This document shows, piece after piece, positions 50,128 to 62,888 of a DNA stretch of 64,000 bases. Source of the stretch: Octopus sinensis (lineage: Eukaryota); assembly GCF_006345805.1 (NCBI RefSeq), contig NC_043001.1:44206001-44270000 (forward strand). The letters run 5' to 3'. How positions within the stretch are numbered: position 1 is the first letter of the stretch; each line of letters opens with the position of its first letter. Position numbers and translations under genes: made by a program. Below the pieces are notes generated by a model that saw nothing but the letters and a program-made list of their open reading frames with translations, searched no databases and had not been told where the DNA came from.

Positions 50128-50815
50128 TAAGGCGGTGAGCTGTCAGAAATGTTAGCACGCCGGGCAAAACGCTTAGCGGCACTTCGTCTGTCTTTAAGTT
50201 GTGAGTTCAAATTCCGCCGAGGTCGACTTTGCCTTTCATCCTTTTAGAGTAGACAAATTAAGTACCAGTTGCGTACTGAGGTCGATCTAATCGACTGGCT
50301 CCCTCCCCCAAAATTTCGGGCCTTGTGCCTAGAGTAGAAAAGAAACGTTTGCGCACGCCGGGCGAAATGCTTAGCGGTATTTCGTCTGCCGCTACATTCT
50401 GAGTTCAAATTCCGTCGAGGTCGACTTTGCCTTTCATCCGTTCGGGGTCGATTAAATAAGTACCAGTTACGCACTGGGGTCGATATAATCAACTTAATCC
50501 GTTTGTCTGTCCTTGTTTGTCCTCTCTGTGTTTAGCCCCTTGTGGGTAGTAAAGAAATATGTATTTCGTCTGTCTTTACGTTCGGGCCTTGTGCCTAGAG
50601 CAGGAAAAAAAATCGTTAGCCCACTGGATGAAATGCTTAGCGGTATTTCGCCCGTGGCTATGTTCTGAGTTCAAATTCCGCCGAGGTCGACTTTGCCTTT
50701 CATCCTTTCGAAGTCGATAAATTAAGTACCAGTGAAACACTGGTGTCGATGTAATCGATTCATCACCTCCTCTAAAATTTCAGGCCTTTTGCCTTTAGTA
50801 GGAAGGATTATTATT
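50128..50815 (+). mobile_element. SINE family B train mixing both tail types
   Basis: Three cores; tails ..GGCCTTGTGCCTAGAG and ..TAGCCCCTTGTGGGTAGTAAAGAAATA. Confidence 0.85.
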
Positions 50816-50995
50816 ATTGCTATTATTATCACCAACAACAGCACATTTTCTTTAGTTATGGTAAATGTATTTATCGAAATACACACACACACACACAAAC
50901 AAACATGCACACCAACGTGTGTGTGTGCTGCATACATAAATGTATGTATTTGTATATGCAAATGTCTGTATGTATGTGTAAATGAATATATATAA

Positions 50996-51028
<33 letters not shown>

Positions 51029-51039
51029 TGTATGTATGT

Positions 51040-51062
51040 ATGTATGTATGTATGTATGCATG

Positions 51063-51108
<46 letters not shown>

Positions 51109-51294
51109 TGTATGTATGTATATATATATAGTTATGTTATATTCCGTTAGGAACGTGGTAGAGTACAGTATAAAGCTCGTACACCTTCAGAATTACCTAG
51201 CACTCTCGGTAGTATTATTATATACTGCCAAGTTTAAGTTTGGGGATTAGTTGTATATATATATATAATATATATTATATATATATATATATAT

Positions 51295-51327
<33 letters not shown>

Positions 51328-51469
51328 CATACATACATACACACATACATACACACACACACACACATATATATATATATTATATATATATATACATACA
51401 TATTGTATACATATACATATATACATGCTTATACTAGCACTCACGTACACATACACAGATATATATATA

Positions 51470-51517
<48 letters not shown>

Positions 51518-51717
51518 GTATGTATTATGTATGTATGTATGTATATATATATAGTTATGTTATATTCCGTTAGGAACGTGGTAGAGTACAGTATAAAGCT
51601 CGTACACCTTCAGAATTACCTAGCACTCTCGGTAGTATTATTATATACTGCCAAGTTTAAGTTTGGGGATTAGTTGTATATATATATATAATATATATTA
51701 TATATATATATATATAT

Positions 51718-51750
<33 letters not shown>

Positions 51751-51773
51751 CATACATACATACACACATACAT

Positions 51774-51822
<49 letters not shown>

Positions 51823-51881
51823 CATAATTGTATACATATACATATATACATGCTTATACTAGCACTCACGTACACATACAC

Positions 51882-51900
<19 letters not shown>
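51040..51900. repeat. ~422-bp tandem duplication (unique core between microsatellites)
   Basis: Identical ~125-bp core TAGTTATGTTATATTCCG..GGGGATTAGTTG at about 51129 and 51551. Confidence 0.9.
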
Positions 51901-51956
<56 letters not shown>

Positions 51957-52906
51957 AGAGAAATACACTCACACATCATCATACATGCATGCACAGATAT
52001 TCGACTTCCTATCATTAACATATTGTGTATACACAGATGTCTATCTATCTATAAATGTGTGTGTGTATGTGTGTGCATGTATGTACATACATACACGCAT
52101 GTATGCATATGTGCATGCTTACATGTATGCATACATATGTATATACAAATATGCATGTGAAAAAGCAAATTTGATAAAATAATGATATGAATAAAATATG
52201 ATGCCTTTTTGATGATAAGAACATGAAAGAAAACAAAGTAAACAAAACAAAAATAAATTAATGAAATAAAATATATAAAGATGTTGAGGCAGCAGATTGA
52301 ACATACGACCTGGAGACACAATAAATCTCTTTATTAAGTTTTAGAAGATAGAATATATCTCGAGCCCAACAACCGAATTCTCGCGATAGCGAGATTTGGA
52401 TTAAATCTATAATCTATACGAATAAATTATTCAAAGAATGCAATTTTTGATTAGATTTGTAGAATATTTGCTTTGATTTCTTTTATTTGCTTGAAGGCTA
52501 TGGCGATGGTTTTAGAGAGTCGAGGATACCAATGTTTTATTATTTTTTTAGGAGTCATTCGGTTCATGAGTTTACTTTTTTTATTTTTATATTGTATCAG
52601 ATATTTTGATTAACTTTTTTCTTTTTCTTACTTTTAATATTTTTAAATAGTTATCGAAGGTTTTCCTTTGAGTTCGGTTTATGTTTTGTTTATTGGCTTT
52701 TCGGTTCTTAAAGGATTTGTCTTTTTTGTGTTGTCATTTGCATTTTTTAAAGTATTTGTTTTTGTTTTTTAGTGTCTTCTACTTTCTGCATTTTGAGAAT
52801 TATTATTTATTATTTTTGAGTTGTTATTACAGTTTGAAAACTGTAACTGATAAAACTGAGATAAAGAAATATAATTACACACACACACACACACGCACAC
52901 ACGCAC

Positions 52907-52947
<41 letters not shown>

Positions 52948-52949
52948 GT

Positions 52950-53027
<78 letters not shown>

Positions 53028-53876
53028 CTGGCGCATAATTAAAAATTAGTAAATGTTAGATTATGTCTGTGTGTGGTTGTGTATGCATGTGTGTGTGTGC
53101 CGCTTTAATCATAGAGAAAAATAACCCAACATTTCGGACGTTAGTCCTTCATCAGTAGAAAGAGAATCGTAGAGAAAGTGAGAAAGAGTGACAATATGGT
53201 GGTGGTGGTGGTGGTGGTGGTGGAGGTAAAATCGAATGTTGGAAACCAGATGCGAATGCTGTTCTAGGAGAGAGAGCCAAGGAAGGAAGAAGGTGCGAGT
53301 ACTAGATGCAAGTATAAGAGTGTATTTGTCCTTGAAAGGAAGTATAAGATGTGATGTATGCGTGTATTAGTGAGGTGCATGTATATGTTTAGAGGTGTGG
53401 AAGTGTGGAAGTATAGATGCATTGGTTAGAGGAAGTGAGGCTGGAGTGTATAATCGTTCATTGATTGGTGTGAAAGTGTGGCATGATGTGAGCACGAACG
53501 TGATTGAATAAAGGCTTTGATGAAGTTCACGAGATAGAAAGAGCAAGGTTGAAGGTGCTATTAATATGTTTAAGTGTAAGACAAAAGTAATCTGGGGTGG
53601 GAAAACGTTGCCTTTTTTAACAAAGAGACAAAGTTTAAATTAAAATTTGAAAATGGGGAAAAAGTTTGGATTCTGTATAAGAAAGAAATGTGAAAACACA
53701 ATGGTATAAGTTGTACAACGGTGATAAAAGGTACGGAGAATTTCGTAGTCTGCCCAGAGAATAGTAAGAATCTGGTAAAATTTCCGAAGGGGAAGAAATG
53801 ACTGCAAGAAAGGAGCTGAAAAACCTACCGTATATATCTGCACAAAACAAGTACGTGCGCACGCGCACACACACAT

Positions 53877-53923
<47 letters not shown>

Positions 53924-54193
53924 ACACACACACCACACACACACACCACACACACACACACACGCACGCGCCACACACATAATAGACATACACGCGCGCA
54001 CATACACAGGCATGCACACACACAAACACAATGAATATATACTTATACACACATACGCACATATACACTTATATACACATACACATATATATATATATAT
54101 ATATACTTAAACACGCATACACACACATATATATATACTTATACACACATTATATATGCACGCATAGAAAAATACACAGGTATATATGTATGC

Positions 54194-54265
<72 letters not shown>

Positions 54266-54613
54266 GAGTGTGTGCGTGTGAGTATGTGCGTGTGAGTGTG
54301 TGCGCATGCTTATATCTGCATGTGTGATTCTGAATTTGAAAGGTGTATGCATCTACATAAAACTTTGTAATTATGTATGTGAGTGTGTGTGTGTGTTTGT
54401 ATGGAAATTCTTATAGTAGCAGAAAAGGAATTTCAACTCCTATTTCTAAATTCGGTATGTGATGAAGCAATTAGCTGAACCCTAATTATAATTATGTGGA
54501 TAATGTACTTATAAAGGTTATTTTAACGTACCGATCTACTTGGTAAAATTATTGATTAATTAATTAATTAATTAATTAATTAATTAATAAATTTTACCCT
54601 TTTATTATTATTA

Positions 54614-54681
<68 letters not shown>

Positions 54682-55117
54682 ATATATATATTATTTCCGT
54701 TATTAATAGTATTAATAAGGTAATAATAAGGTGGTTAGCAAGTTAACACCGTTACAGACACAATATAAGGTAAATCTTGATTCTGCAGGCTATATAGTAC
54801 CTTACTGTATATAAACGTACACGGGCTAATGTAGTGAATATTTTAGAAATAGATGTTAAAATGTTATTTTCAGCTGAAAATCGCTGAGCATGTTTGTCAT
54901 ACAAAGCGTGAAATCAATTGATATTGAAATAGACATTACTTACTGATGTATGCCTATGCAAAGGTAAGCCTATTTCTCATATGTCCATTGCATTGCACGT
55001 GTATATTTTTATGGTGAGTCTATGGTGGTTTTTGGAGTGTTGGCTCTATTTTAGTAAGTGGTATTATATACCCTACTGAATCAAAATTTACTATATATAT
55101 ATATATGTATATATATG

Positions 55118-55168
<51 letters not shown>

Positions 55169-55221
55169 TTCAAAGAAAGAGGTTTTGAATCCATTTTCTT
55201 CTTGCCATATATATATATATA

Positions 55222-55598
55222 CTAGCAGTATCGCCCGGCGTTGCTCAGGTTTGTAAGGGAAATAACTATAAAGCATTTTTAGAGAGTTATAGCCAAAAAA
55301 TAGCAAAAAAATGGAAAAAAAATGATGGTAAATTTTTTTGAGAGTTAAAAAAGGTGGAGTTGCGTCCCCTAGACGGTCTGTGGTTTGGGTTTCTGATTCT
55401 CGACCCCATGTCGAATTTATCGATTTTTTTCAGAACTGGGGGAACTTTTCAAAATTTTCGCTGCGTTAGTTTTGAATTATGACATTGGGCTATGTGTGTG
55501 TCAAGTTTCATCAGAATCGGTTGAAAGCCGTGGTCAGAGTGAGGGTACGAGAAAACAGACACACAGAAAACGCACAGACAAACTGCCGTTTATATAGA
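55222..55598 (-). mobile_element. Non-autonomous Helitron-like element sharing the 3' end but with a different 5' body
   Basis: actagcagtatcgcccggcgttgctc end nearly identical to that at 39014; different interior; 5' A|TCTATATAAACGGCAG; inserted in (TA)n. Confidence 0.75.
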
Positions 55599-55599
55599 T

Positions 55600-55631
<32 letters not shown>

Positions 55632-55633
<2 letters not shown>

Positions 55634-55976
55634 CACGCATAGAAAAACACACAGGTATATATGTATGCCACTGTGTGTGTATGTGCGTGCGCACGCGGTT
55701 GCTTATTTCTGTTTGCATGTGTATGTATATCCCTCTATTTAACTCTCATATCCTCTCTGATGAAGGGATATCCCTGAAACAGCTGCAAGACTACCTTTCT
55801 CTTTATAAATGACCAAGAAATTTCTTGGTCAGGGATATCCCTTCATCAGAGAGGATATGAGAGTTAAATAGAGGGATTTACACACACATGCAAACAGAAA
55901 TAAGCAACCGCGTGCGCGCGCACATACACACACAGTAGCATACTTATATATACCTGTGTGTTTTTCTATGAGTGTA
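55632..55976. repeat. ~145-bp near-perfect inverted repeat containing a hammerhead core
   Basis: Arms at 55632-55777 and 55829-55976; 22-bp perfect palindrome at 55810-55831; CTGATGA-AGGGAT/ATCCCT-GAAA at 55757-55779. Confidence 0.9.
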
Positions 55977-55999
55977 TGTAAATATGTATACAAACATAT

Positions 56000-56056
<57 letters not shown>

Positions 56057-56111
56057 CATATATATTAGATAGACAAACAGGTAGAGACAGACTGATCATC
56101 AGATAGATAGG

Positions 56112-56169
<58 letters not shown>

Positions 56170-56199
56170 GGCAGACAGACAGACAGACAGACAGACGGG

Positions 56200-56259
<60 letters not shown>

Positions 56260-56331
56260 CAGATAAACAGATGTACATATTACATGCTAAAGTTCTGGAA
56301 TGTTTTACATTTTTCTACAGTTCCATTAATT

Positions 56332-57082
56332 TATTTCTTTATAGCCCACAGGGGGCTAAACATAGAGGTGACAAACAAATTGTTTAAGTCGACTACATCA
56401 ACTCCAGTGTGTAACCGGTACTTATTTAATCGACCCCGAAAGGAAGAAAGGCAAAGTCGACCTCGGCGGAATTTGAACTCAGAATGTAACGGCTGACAAA
56501 ATACCTATTTCTTTATTACCCACAAGGGGCTAAACATAGAAGGGACAAACAAGGACAGACAAAGGTATTAAGTCGATTACATCGACCCCAGTGCTTAACT
56601 GGTACTTAATTTATCGACCCCGAAAGGATGAAAGGCAAAGTCGACCTCGGCGGAATTTGAACTCACAACGTAACGGCTGACAAAATACCTATTTCTTTAT
56701 TACCCACAAGGGGCTAAACATAGAGGAGACAAACATGGACAGACATAGGTATTAAGTCGATTATATCGACCCCAGTGCGTAACTGGTACTTATTTAATCG
56801 ACCCCGAAAGGATGAAAGGCAAAGTCGATCTCGGCGGAATTTGAACTGAGAACGTAACGGCTGACAAAATACCTATTTCTTTATTACCCACAAGGGGCTA
56901 AACACAGAGTGGACAAACAAGGACAGACATAGGTATTAAGTCGATTACATCGACCCCAGTGCCTAACTGGTACTTAATTTAATCGACCCCGAAAGGATGA
57001 AAGGCAAAGTCGACCTCGGCGGAATTTGAACTCACAACGTAACGGCTGACAAAATACCGCTAAGCATTTCGCCCGGTGTGTG
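56332..57082 (-). repeat. Tandem tetramer (~184-bp period) of head-less SINE family B units
   Basis: The junction motif TACC recurs at 56502, 56686, 56870 and 57055. Confidence 0.9.
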
Positions 57083-57429
57083 CTTATGTTTCTATATCTA
57101 TCTGCACGTATGTATCTGTGTACGTATGTACATGTATATGTGTGCGTACGTATGTGTATGTGTTCAAATTATTTGACTGTGCTTCTTTCTCCTGCACTTA
57201 ACTATCCTCACCCCACCCCCCATTCATTGTCTCTTACCCACAAGTATACCATAAAATCTCAAAAAAGAAAACTCAAATCCACCGCCACCTTACTCTGGTA
57301 CCTCACCCTCATCCCCACCCGTCCATGTCCCTCTACCCGCCCACCCCCCACAGTCTCCTTGCCAACCTATCAACCTTCTGCATCAAGTCACTTTGCCCTT
57401 CTTTACACAAAATATGTATCCTAAGTGCA

Positions 57430-57787
57430 TATTTTCTGCAGTGGTGGTAATACGATGGTGGCAATGGTGAGATCATGGTGGTGGTAGTGGTGGCGGCGGC
57501 GGCGGCGATGGTGGTGGTGATGGTGGTGATGGTGGTGGTGACGGCGGTAGCGGTAGCAGTGTGATAGGGTGCGATGCGGTGCGGCTGTGGTGGTGTGATG
57601 GTTTGTGAAGTGGTGCGGTTGTGGTGGTAACGGTGGCGGTAGCAGTAGTTGTAGTCGTAACAGCATCGCTGTTGATGGTGATGTTGGCAGTGTTGGTGGT
57701 GATTGCCAGTGCTTTGTCGTAATTTTGTTGTTGGTGGTAGCGATGATGATGATGGTGGTGGTGGTGGTATTTATGGTGCCAGCGGTT

Positions 57788-57826
<39 letters not shown>

Positions 57827-57880
57827 ATGGTGGTGGTATGTGGGGAGTTGGTGATGGTGGTATTTATGGTGCCAGCGGTT

Positions 57881-57927
<47 letters not shown>

Positions 57928-58179
57928 TGTAGTGATGGTGGTGGTATGTGGGGAGTTGGTGATGGTGGTGGTATGTGGGGGTTGGTGATGGTTGTGTAGG
58001 GGTTGGTGGTGGTGGTGGTTTTGGTGATGGTGGTGGTAGTGATGGTTTTGTTAATGGTAGTGGTGGTGTTAGTGGTGGTGTAGTTGATGTGATGCTGGTA
58101 ATGGAGGTGGTGGTTATGAGTGCATTTTTTAGTTGTTGTTGTTGCTGATGTTGTTGCTGCTGCTGATGATGATGATGAA

Positions 58180-58216
<37 letters not shown>

Positions 58217-58552
58217 TAAGGCTGTCGTCTGGTGCTGGGAATTTTTAGTTCATTCGACGTCTCGTCAAATGAGCAAAAAGACGAATCCAACCTTTGAGCC
58301 TATTCAGCCCGACAGACAATGTTATGTCATTGTGTTGATTCGCTTTGATGTTCCAACAACGACAGAAGCGGCAGCAGCAGCAACAACAACAACAACAACG
58401 AAAACAAGGAAAACAACAGCAACAATAATAACTGCAACAACACCAAAAGCAATTATAATAACGAAAGCGACGAATATCAAGAGAGCAACAATAACAATAG
58501 TAATCACAACTAAAAAACATGAACGGTAGCAAAAACATCAAGTACCACTACC

Positions 58553-58602
<50 letters not shown>

Positions 58603-58610
58603 AAACTGAC
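57430..58610. repeat. (GGT/GTA/GAT)n and (ACA/ACT)n low-complexity tract with a ~90-bp internal duplication
   Basis: GGTATTTATGGTGCCAGCGGTTGTAG occurs twice (about 57766 and 57859). Confidence 0.9.
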
Positions 58611-58780
58611 ACTAAATACGATCATTATGGCGGTTTTCGATTAGCTAAAATTACATAACTTTAAATGCTTGTAATTTTGTTATTAATTTCAAGAGAAAAA
58701 AAATCCATACGATTTTCGTCATCAACATGAAAAACTACATCGGACCAACTACATTTTTCAAAATAATAATAACGATAATG

Positions 58781-58819
<39 letters not shown>

Positions 58820-58831
<12 letters not shown>

Positions 58832-59395
58832 GCCCTGATGCAGTACCAGGCAGTGGCTCCCATGGCTTCTGATCTTAACTGATTGGAAGTGTTATCATGT
58901 ACATTGTTTTGTCTTGGTATAAAAGATGGGCTACAGTAAATATTCTGCTCAATACCACAGATTTGCTTGTCAGTTGTTTGACCTTAACCAGTTGAGCATG
59001 TCCCTTAGTGGCTGACGATATGTGCATCTCTGAACACGAGCAGAAGTAGTGGGGGAGCATCATAGCCATGTGTTGAGAGGGATTCTTTGGGGGTTTAAAT
59101 AATTCACCTCTGGAAACATGGGTGTTTCATTTAACATCCTTAAATAACTCTTATTCAAGGACCTTTTGAGTGGGATGGGTTACTCGACCAGAAGAAAATT
59201 CTAACTGGGCCCCACCTGCAAGGTCATGTGCTGTTTATCTTCATATGAGATCACCATATCGCGCACATATGGTTGTGATGCATGTGCCTGGTGTACCCTT
59301 ATCAGAGGGGTAGTCATGATGGGTATACTGGGCTTCGTATATGTTACCCCAGTGTCACTTTGATGGCATGCACTGCTCTCTCACTCAATAATAAT
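58820..59395 (+). mobile_element. Unclassified interspersed repeat with (AAT)n tail; second partial copy on - at about 63735-64000
   Basis: 59100-59390 is the approximate reverse complement of 63735-64000 (CTAACTGGGCCCCACCTGCAAGGTCATGTGCTG). Confidence 0.7.
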
Positions 59396-59428
59396 AATAA
59401 TAATATGATGATGATGATGATGATGATG

Positions 59429-59472
<44 letters not shown>

Positions 59473-59822
59473 TTCGACTAAAGACGCAAGAGCTGAAATT
59501 ATTGAACCATGCCGTGTATACAATCGGTAACAAAAGCAATTAACAAAGCAATTAAACAAGAACAACCGACTGTGTTGCAACAACGCACGACCAATTCTCA
59601 ATGTGATCATCAGAACTGTTAGAAATAGCAGTTATTCCCAAATCCAGTCATCTCACGCTGTTTTAAATAAAGGATAGAATGAATTAGATAAAGCGTTAGA
59701 TAATTCCTGTTGTGGCCATCCCGTCAGTAATGGTTCCGGCTGGAGTGTGTGCCCCTGCTCAATCAGGACTTACTTAAGGGTTAAACCACCACCACCACCA
59801 CCACTACCACCACCACCACACC

Positions 59823-59860
<38 letters not shown>

Positions 59861-60254
59861 ATCATCATCATCATCATCATCATCAACATCATCATCATCA
59901 TTGCCCTCATGAATAAACAAAATGCAATGGAAATTGTACGTAAGTTTGTGAATCTGAACAATGAGTCAAATGACATTTGCAAAAATGCTGTTACGGACAT
60001 TCAGCAATAGAAACAACAACAACAACACAACAACACACACACACACACACACAACACACACACACACGCGCACACGCACAACAGCAGCGCACGCACTCAT
60101 ACACACACAGCACACACACACATACATGCACACATACACACAATCACGTTAGAGCAAAAAAATAAATAAACAACAACAACAAAACGGTACCCAATAGAAA
60201 GAGTAGAGAAATAATATTTAATGGATCCTGAAACTTCACCAATATTATAAGCGC

Positions 60255-60435
60255 AAAGCCTGAAATTCTGAGGGCAAGGCGCTCGTAGATTACATCGATT
60301 TCAAGACTCAATTGGTATTAATTTATCGACCCCGAAAAGGATGAAAGTCAAAGTCGACCACGGCGGTATTTGAACTTAGAACGTAGAATATGGACTAAGT
60401 GTTTTGTCCGGGACGTTAACGATTCTGCCAGCATA
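60255..60435 (-). mobile_element. SINE family B
   Basis: ATCGACCCCGAAAAGGATGAAAGTCAAAGTCGACC core. Confidence 0.75.
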
Positions 60436-60496
60436 TTAGTGAAATTTCACTCATATAACTGCGTGTTTCACTTTTCTGTTAGCCAGAGTAACAAAG

Positions 60497-60808
60497 GTGG
60501 AGGCGCAATGGCCCAGTGGTTAGGGCAGCGGACTCGCAGTCGGAGGATCGCGGTTTCGATTCCCAGACCGGGCGTTGTGTGTGTTTATTGAGCGAAAACA
60601 CCTAAAAGCTCCACGAGGCTCCGGCGGTGGGTGGTGGCGACCCCTGTTGTAATCTTTCGCCACAACTTTCTCTCACTCTCTCTCCCTGTTTCTTGACTAA
60701 CGCTGCGATGGACTGGCGTTCCGTCCAGCTGGGGGGAACACATACACCACAGAAACCGGGAAACTGGGTCCATGAGCCTGACTAGGCTTGAAAAGGACGA
60801 AAAAAAAA
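60497..60808 (+). mobile_element. Full-length tRNA(Arg)-derived SINE (family C) with 12-bp TSD
   Basis: A box TGGCCCAGTGG, B box GGTTTCGATTCCC, poly(A) tail, TSD AGAGTAACAAAG at 60485-60496 and 60809-60820. Confidence 0.9.
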
Positions 60809-62148
60809 AGAGTAACAAAGAACAACCATTTGTATAAACATAATTTAGGTGTTGCTGAAATGTTCCGAGATATTTGTAAAATAAGTACGTTGATGGATTA
60901 GTTGTTACATCCCACAAAAATCCCACAAAGCTAGACACCGATATCTAAGCATTATCTAAGTCTTATACACAGAAGAAAACTGGAGACTTTTTTTTGATAA
61001 GCAATTTTTGATAAAACAAAATTTTCTATTCTTTTCGCGCGCGCGCACACACAACACACACACACACAAATACTGTCGTTTCTGTCGAGAGAGTTTGGAG
61101 ATAATTCTTCTTGGGCTGAAGTGGTTGAAGCCGTAGACAGAAGGTTGGCTACTGGTCGTTGTGCTGCGGTCACCAATTGTTCATTGGCTTAGTGTTGTTA
61201 GCTGCTGCTCTGATTCTGTCTCCTGTGTCTGGTATTATGTCACGTCTTCGCTGCTTCACATACTAAATGCTAAGCTGTCTCTCAATCCCCTCCGTACTGC
61301 ATCCCATAGCTAGTAGTCACGGTGTGTCGTAAGAAGCGCGCCATAAGATGAAACTACCGCTGGAGCCTATTCCCCGCGAAGTCGTGATTGGTCGGACCTT
61401 GTTGATCGCATGAGCAATGTTCTAACGAATCATGACAACGGGTGATTGTTGAATATTTCCGCCACAGATTAATTAGATTACCTGTGAAGAAAACCAACCA
61501 ATACCAATGTAAGTGATCCCCACAAACTATGAATCCACAAACACTTTCCACTTTACAAGAATGAAGAACAAATCAGAATAACAAGACTAAGATATAAGAA
61601 ATTGACAATCAAGGATAACAAACGTATATTCCCATCGTCAGCAGCCAAACGGATATCACTATAAGTCGATTGAACTAGCGTTAACATGAAAACTGGTTTG
61701 GTAAATTTCTTATCTTCGAAAAATTAAATAAATAAACGAACTGTCGATTTTATCCTGTTATAGGAATATACTAAATAGAATGGCCAAGCAAATTTAATTT
61801 CACAGTCAAAAACATTCATTGTTTATGTTGATTTGTACTAGATCAGCCCTGATTGAGCATAACTATGTCACACGAGTTCTAAGCGGTCACTCAACTAAAT
61901 AGTCACGAGTCGAGCCTGGCTTGTAATTAGATAGGGGATCGTTTTGGGAAACCTAGGTGATGTAAGCATCTTTGTAGTTAAATGACGGTGCCTGGCATGG
62001 CCATAGCTTTTGGGCTGTAACACATAAAGGAATACAGTGCTAGATACAAAAAAAAAACTGGATGTTCATAGTTGGAACGCTTTTGACCAGAGATCTGCTC
62101 AAGCGAAGCTGAACTATAACGACACCATATTATGTCCATCACACAACA

Positions 62149-62184
<36 letters not shown>

Positions 62185-62655
62185 GCTACTGCTACTGCTG
62201 CTGCTGCTGCTGCTGCTGTTGCTGCTACTGCTGCTGCTATTACTATTACTACCACCACAATACCATACCATGACCGTGACCACTACACAACACCTCCAAC
62301 TTCACCAGAATTAATGATTGTATCGCAAATATAGATTATGATTCTTGGCATACTGCCTACAGCATTCAGCCAGTAAAGAGAGACTCTATGTGGTCATTAG
62401 GCGTGCAAGTAATAGCAGCTGGATCTCTCTCAGATCATCACGGTTACCGTTTTACAAAAGGACACGTTGGATAATATGGTTGTGGGTTGTCAGGGTTGTT
62501 CATGAAAGAAAAGACAGGATGGGCACGACAGAAATGCTTCTCATTTTAGGTCCGTCTTCTCGATCACAGATGATCTGGGACTAAGCACCAATCTAGATCT
62601 AATCATTAAATGCGTGCCAGTTCTATTCTGGCCTTTCGAAGCCTTTATTTTAAAT

Positions 62656-62687
<32 letters not shown>

Positions 62688-62855
62688 CATTAAAAAAGAG
62701 GGAGTTAGGTTGGGAGCAAAATATTTTACCATTTTGGGTTGTGGAGCGAAGACTGGTTGTTATCAGATTGAGAATTACTGACTTATCACTGTGATTACTG
62801 TCGCCATCACTAATACACACACACACACACACAAGACAAACACACACACACACAC

Positions 62856-62888
<33 letters not shown>

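Noticed and set aside
56332-57082. Regular repeat array resembling CRISPR
   Set aside because: Whole units are repeated with no unique spacers; the unit is SINE-derived; eukaryotic context with no cas genes.
60497-60575. Possible tRNA-Arg gene
   Set aside because: Acceptor and anticodon stems do not pair properly; it continues into a SINE body with poly(A) and TSD.
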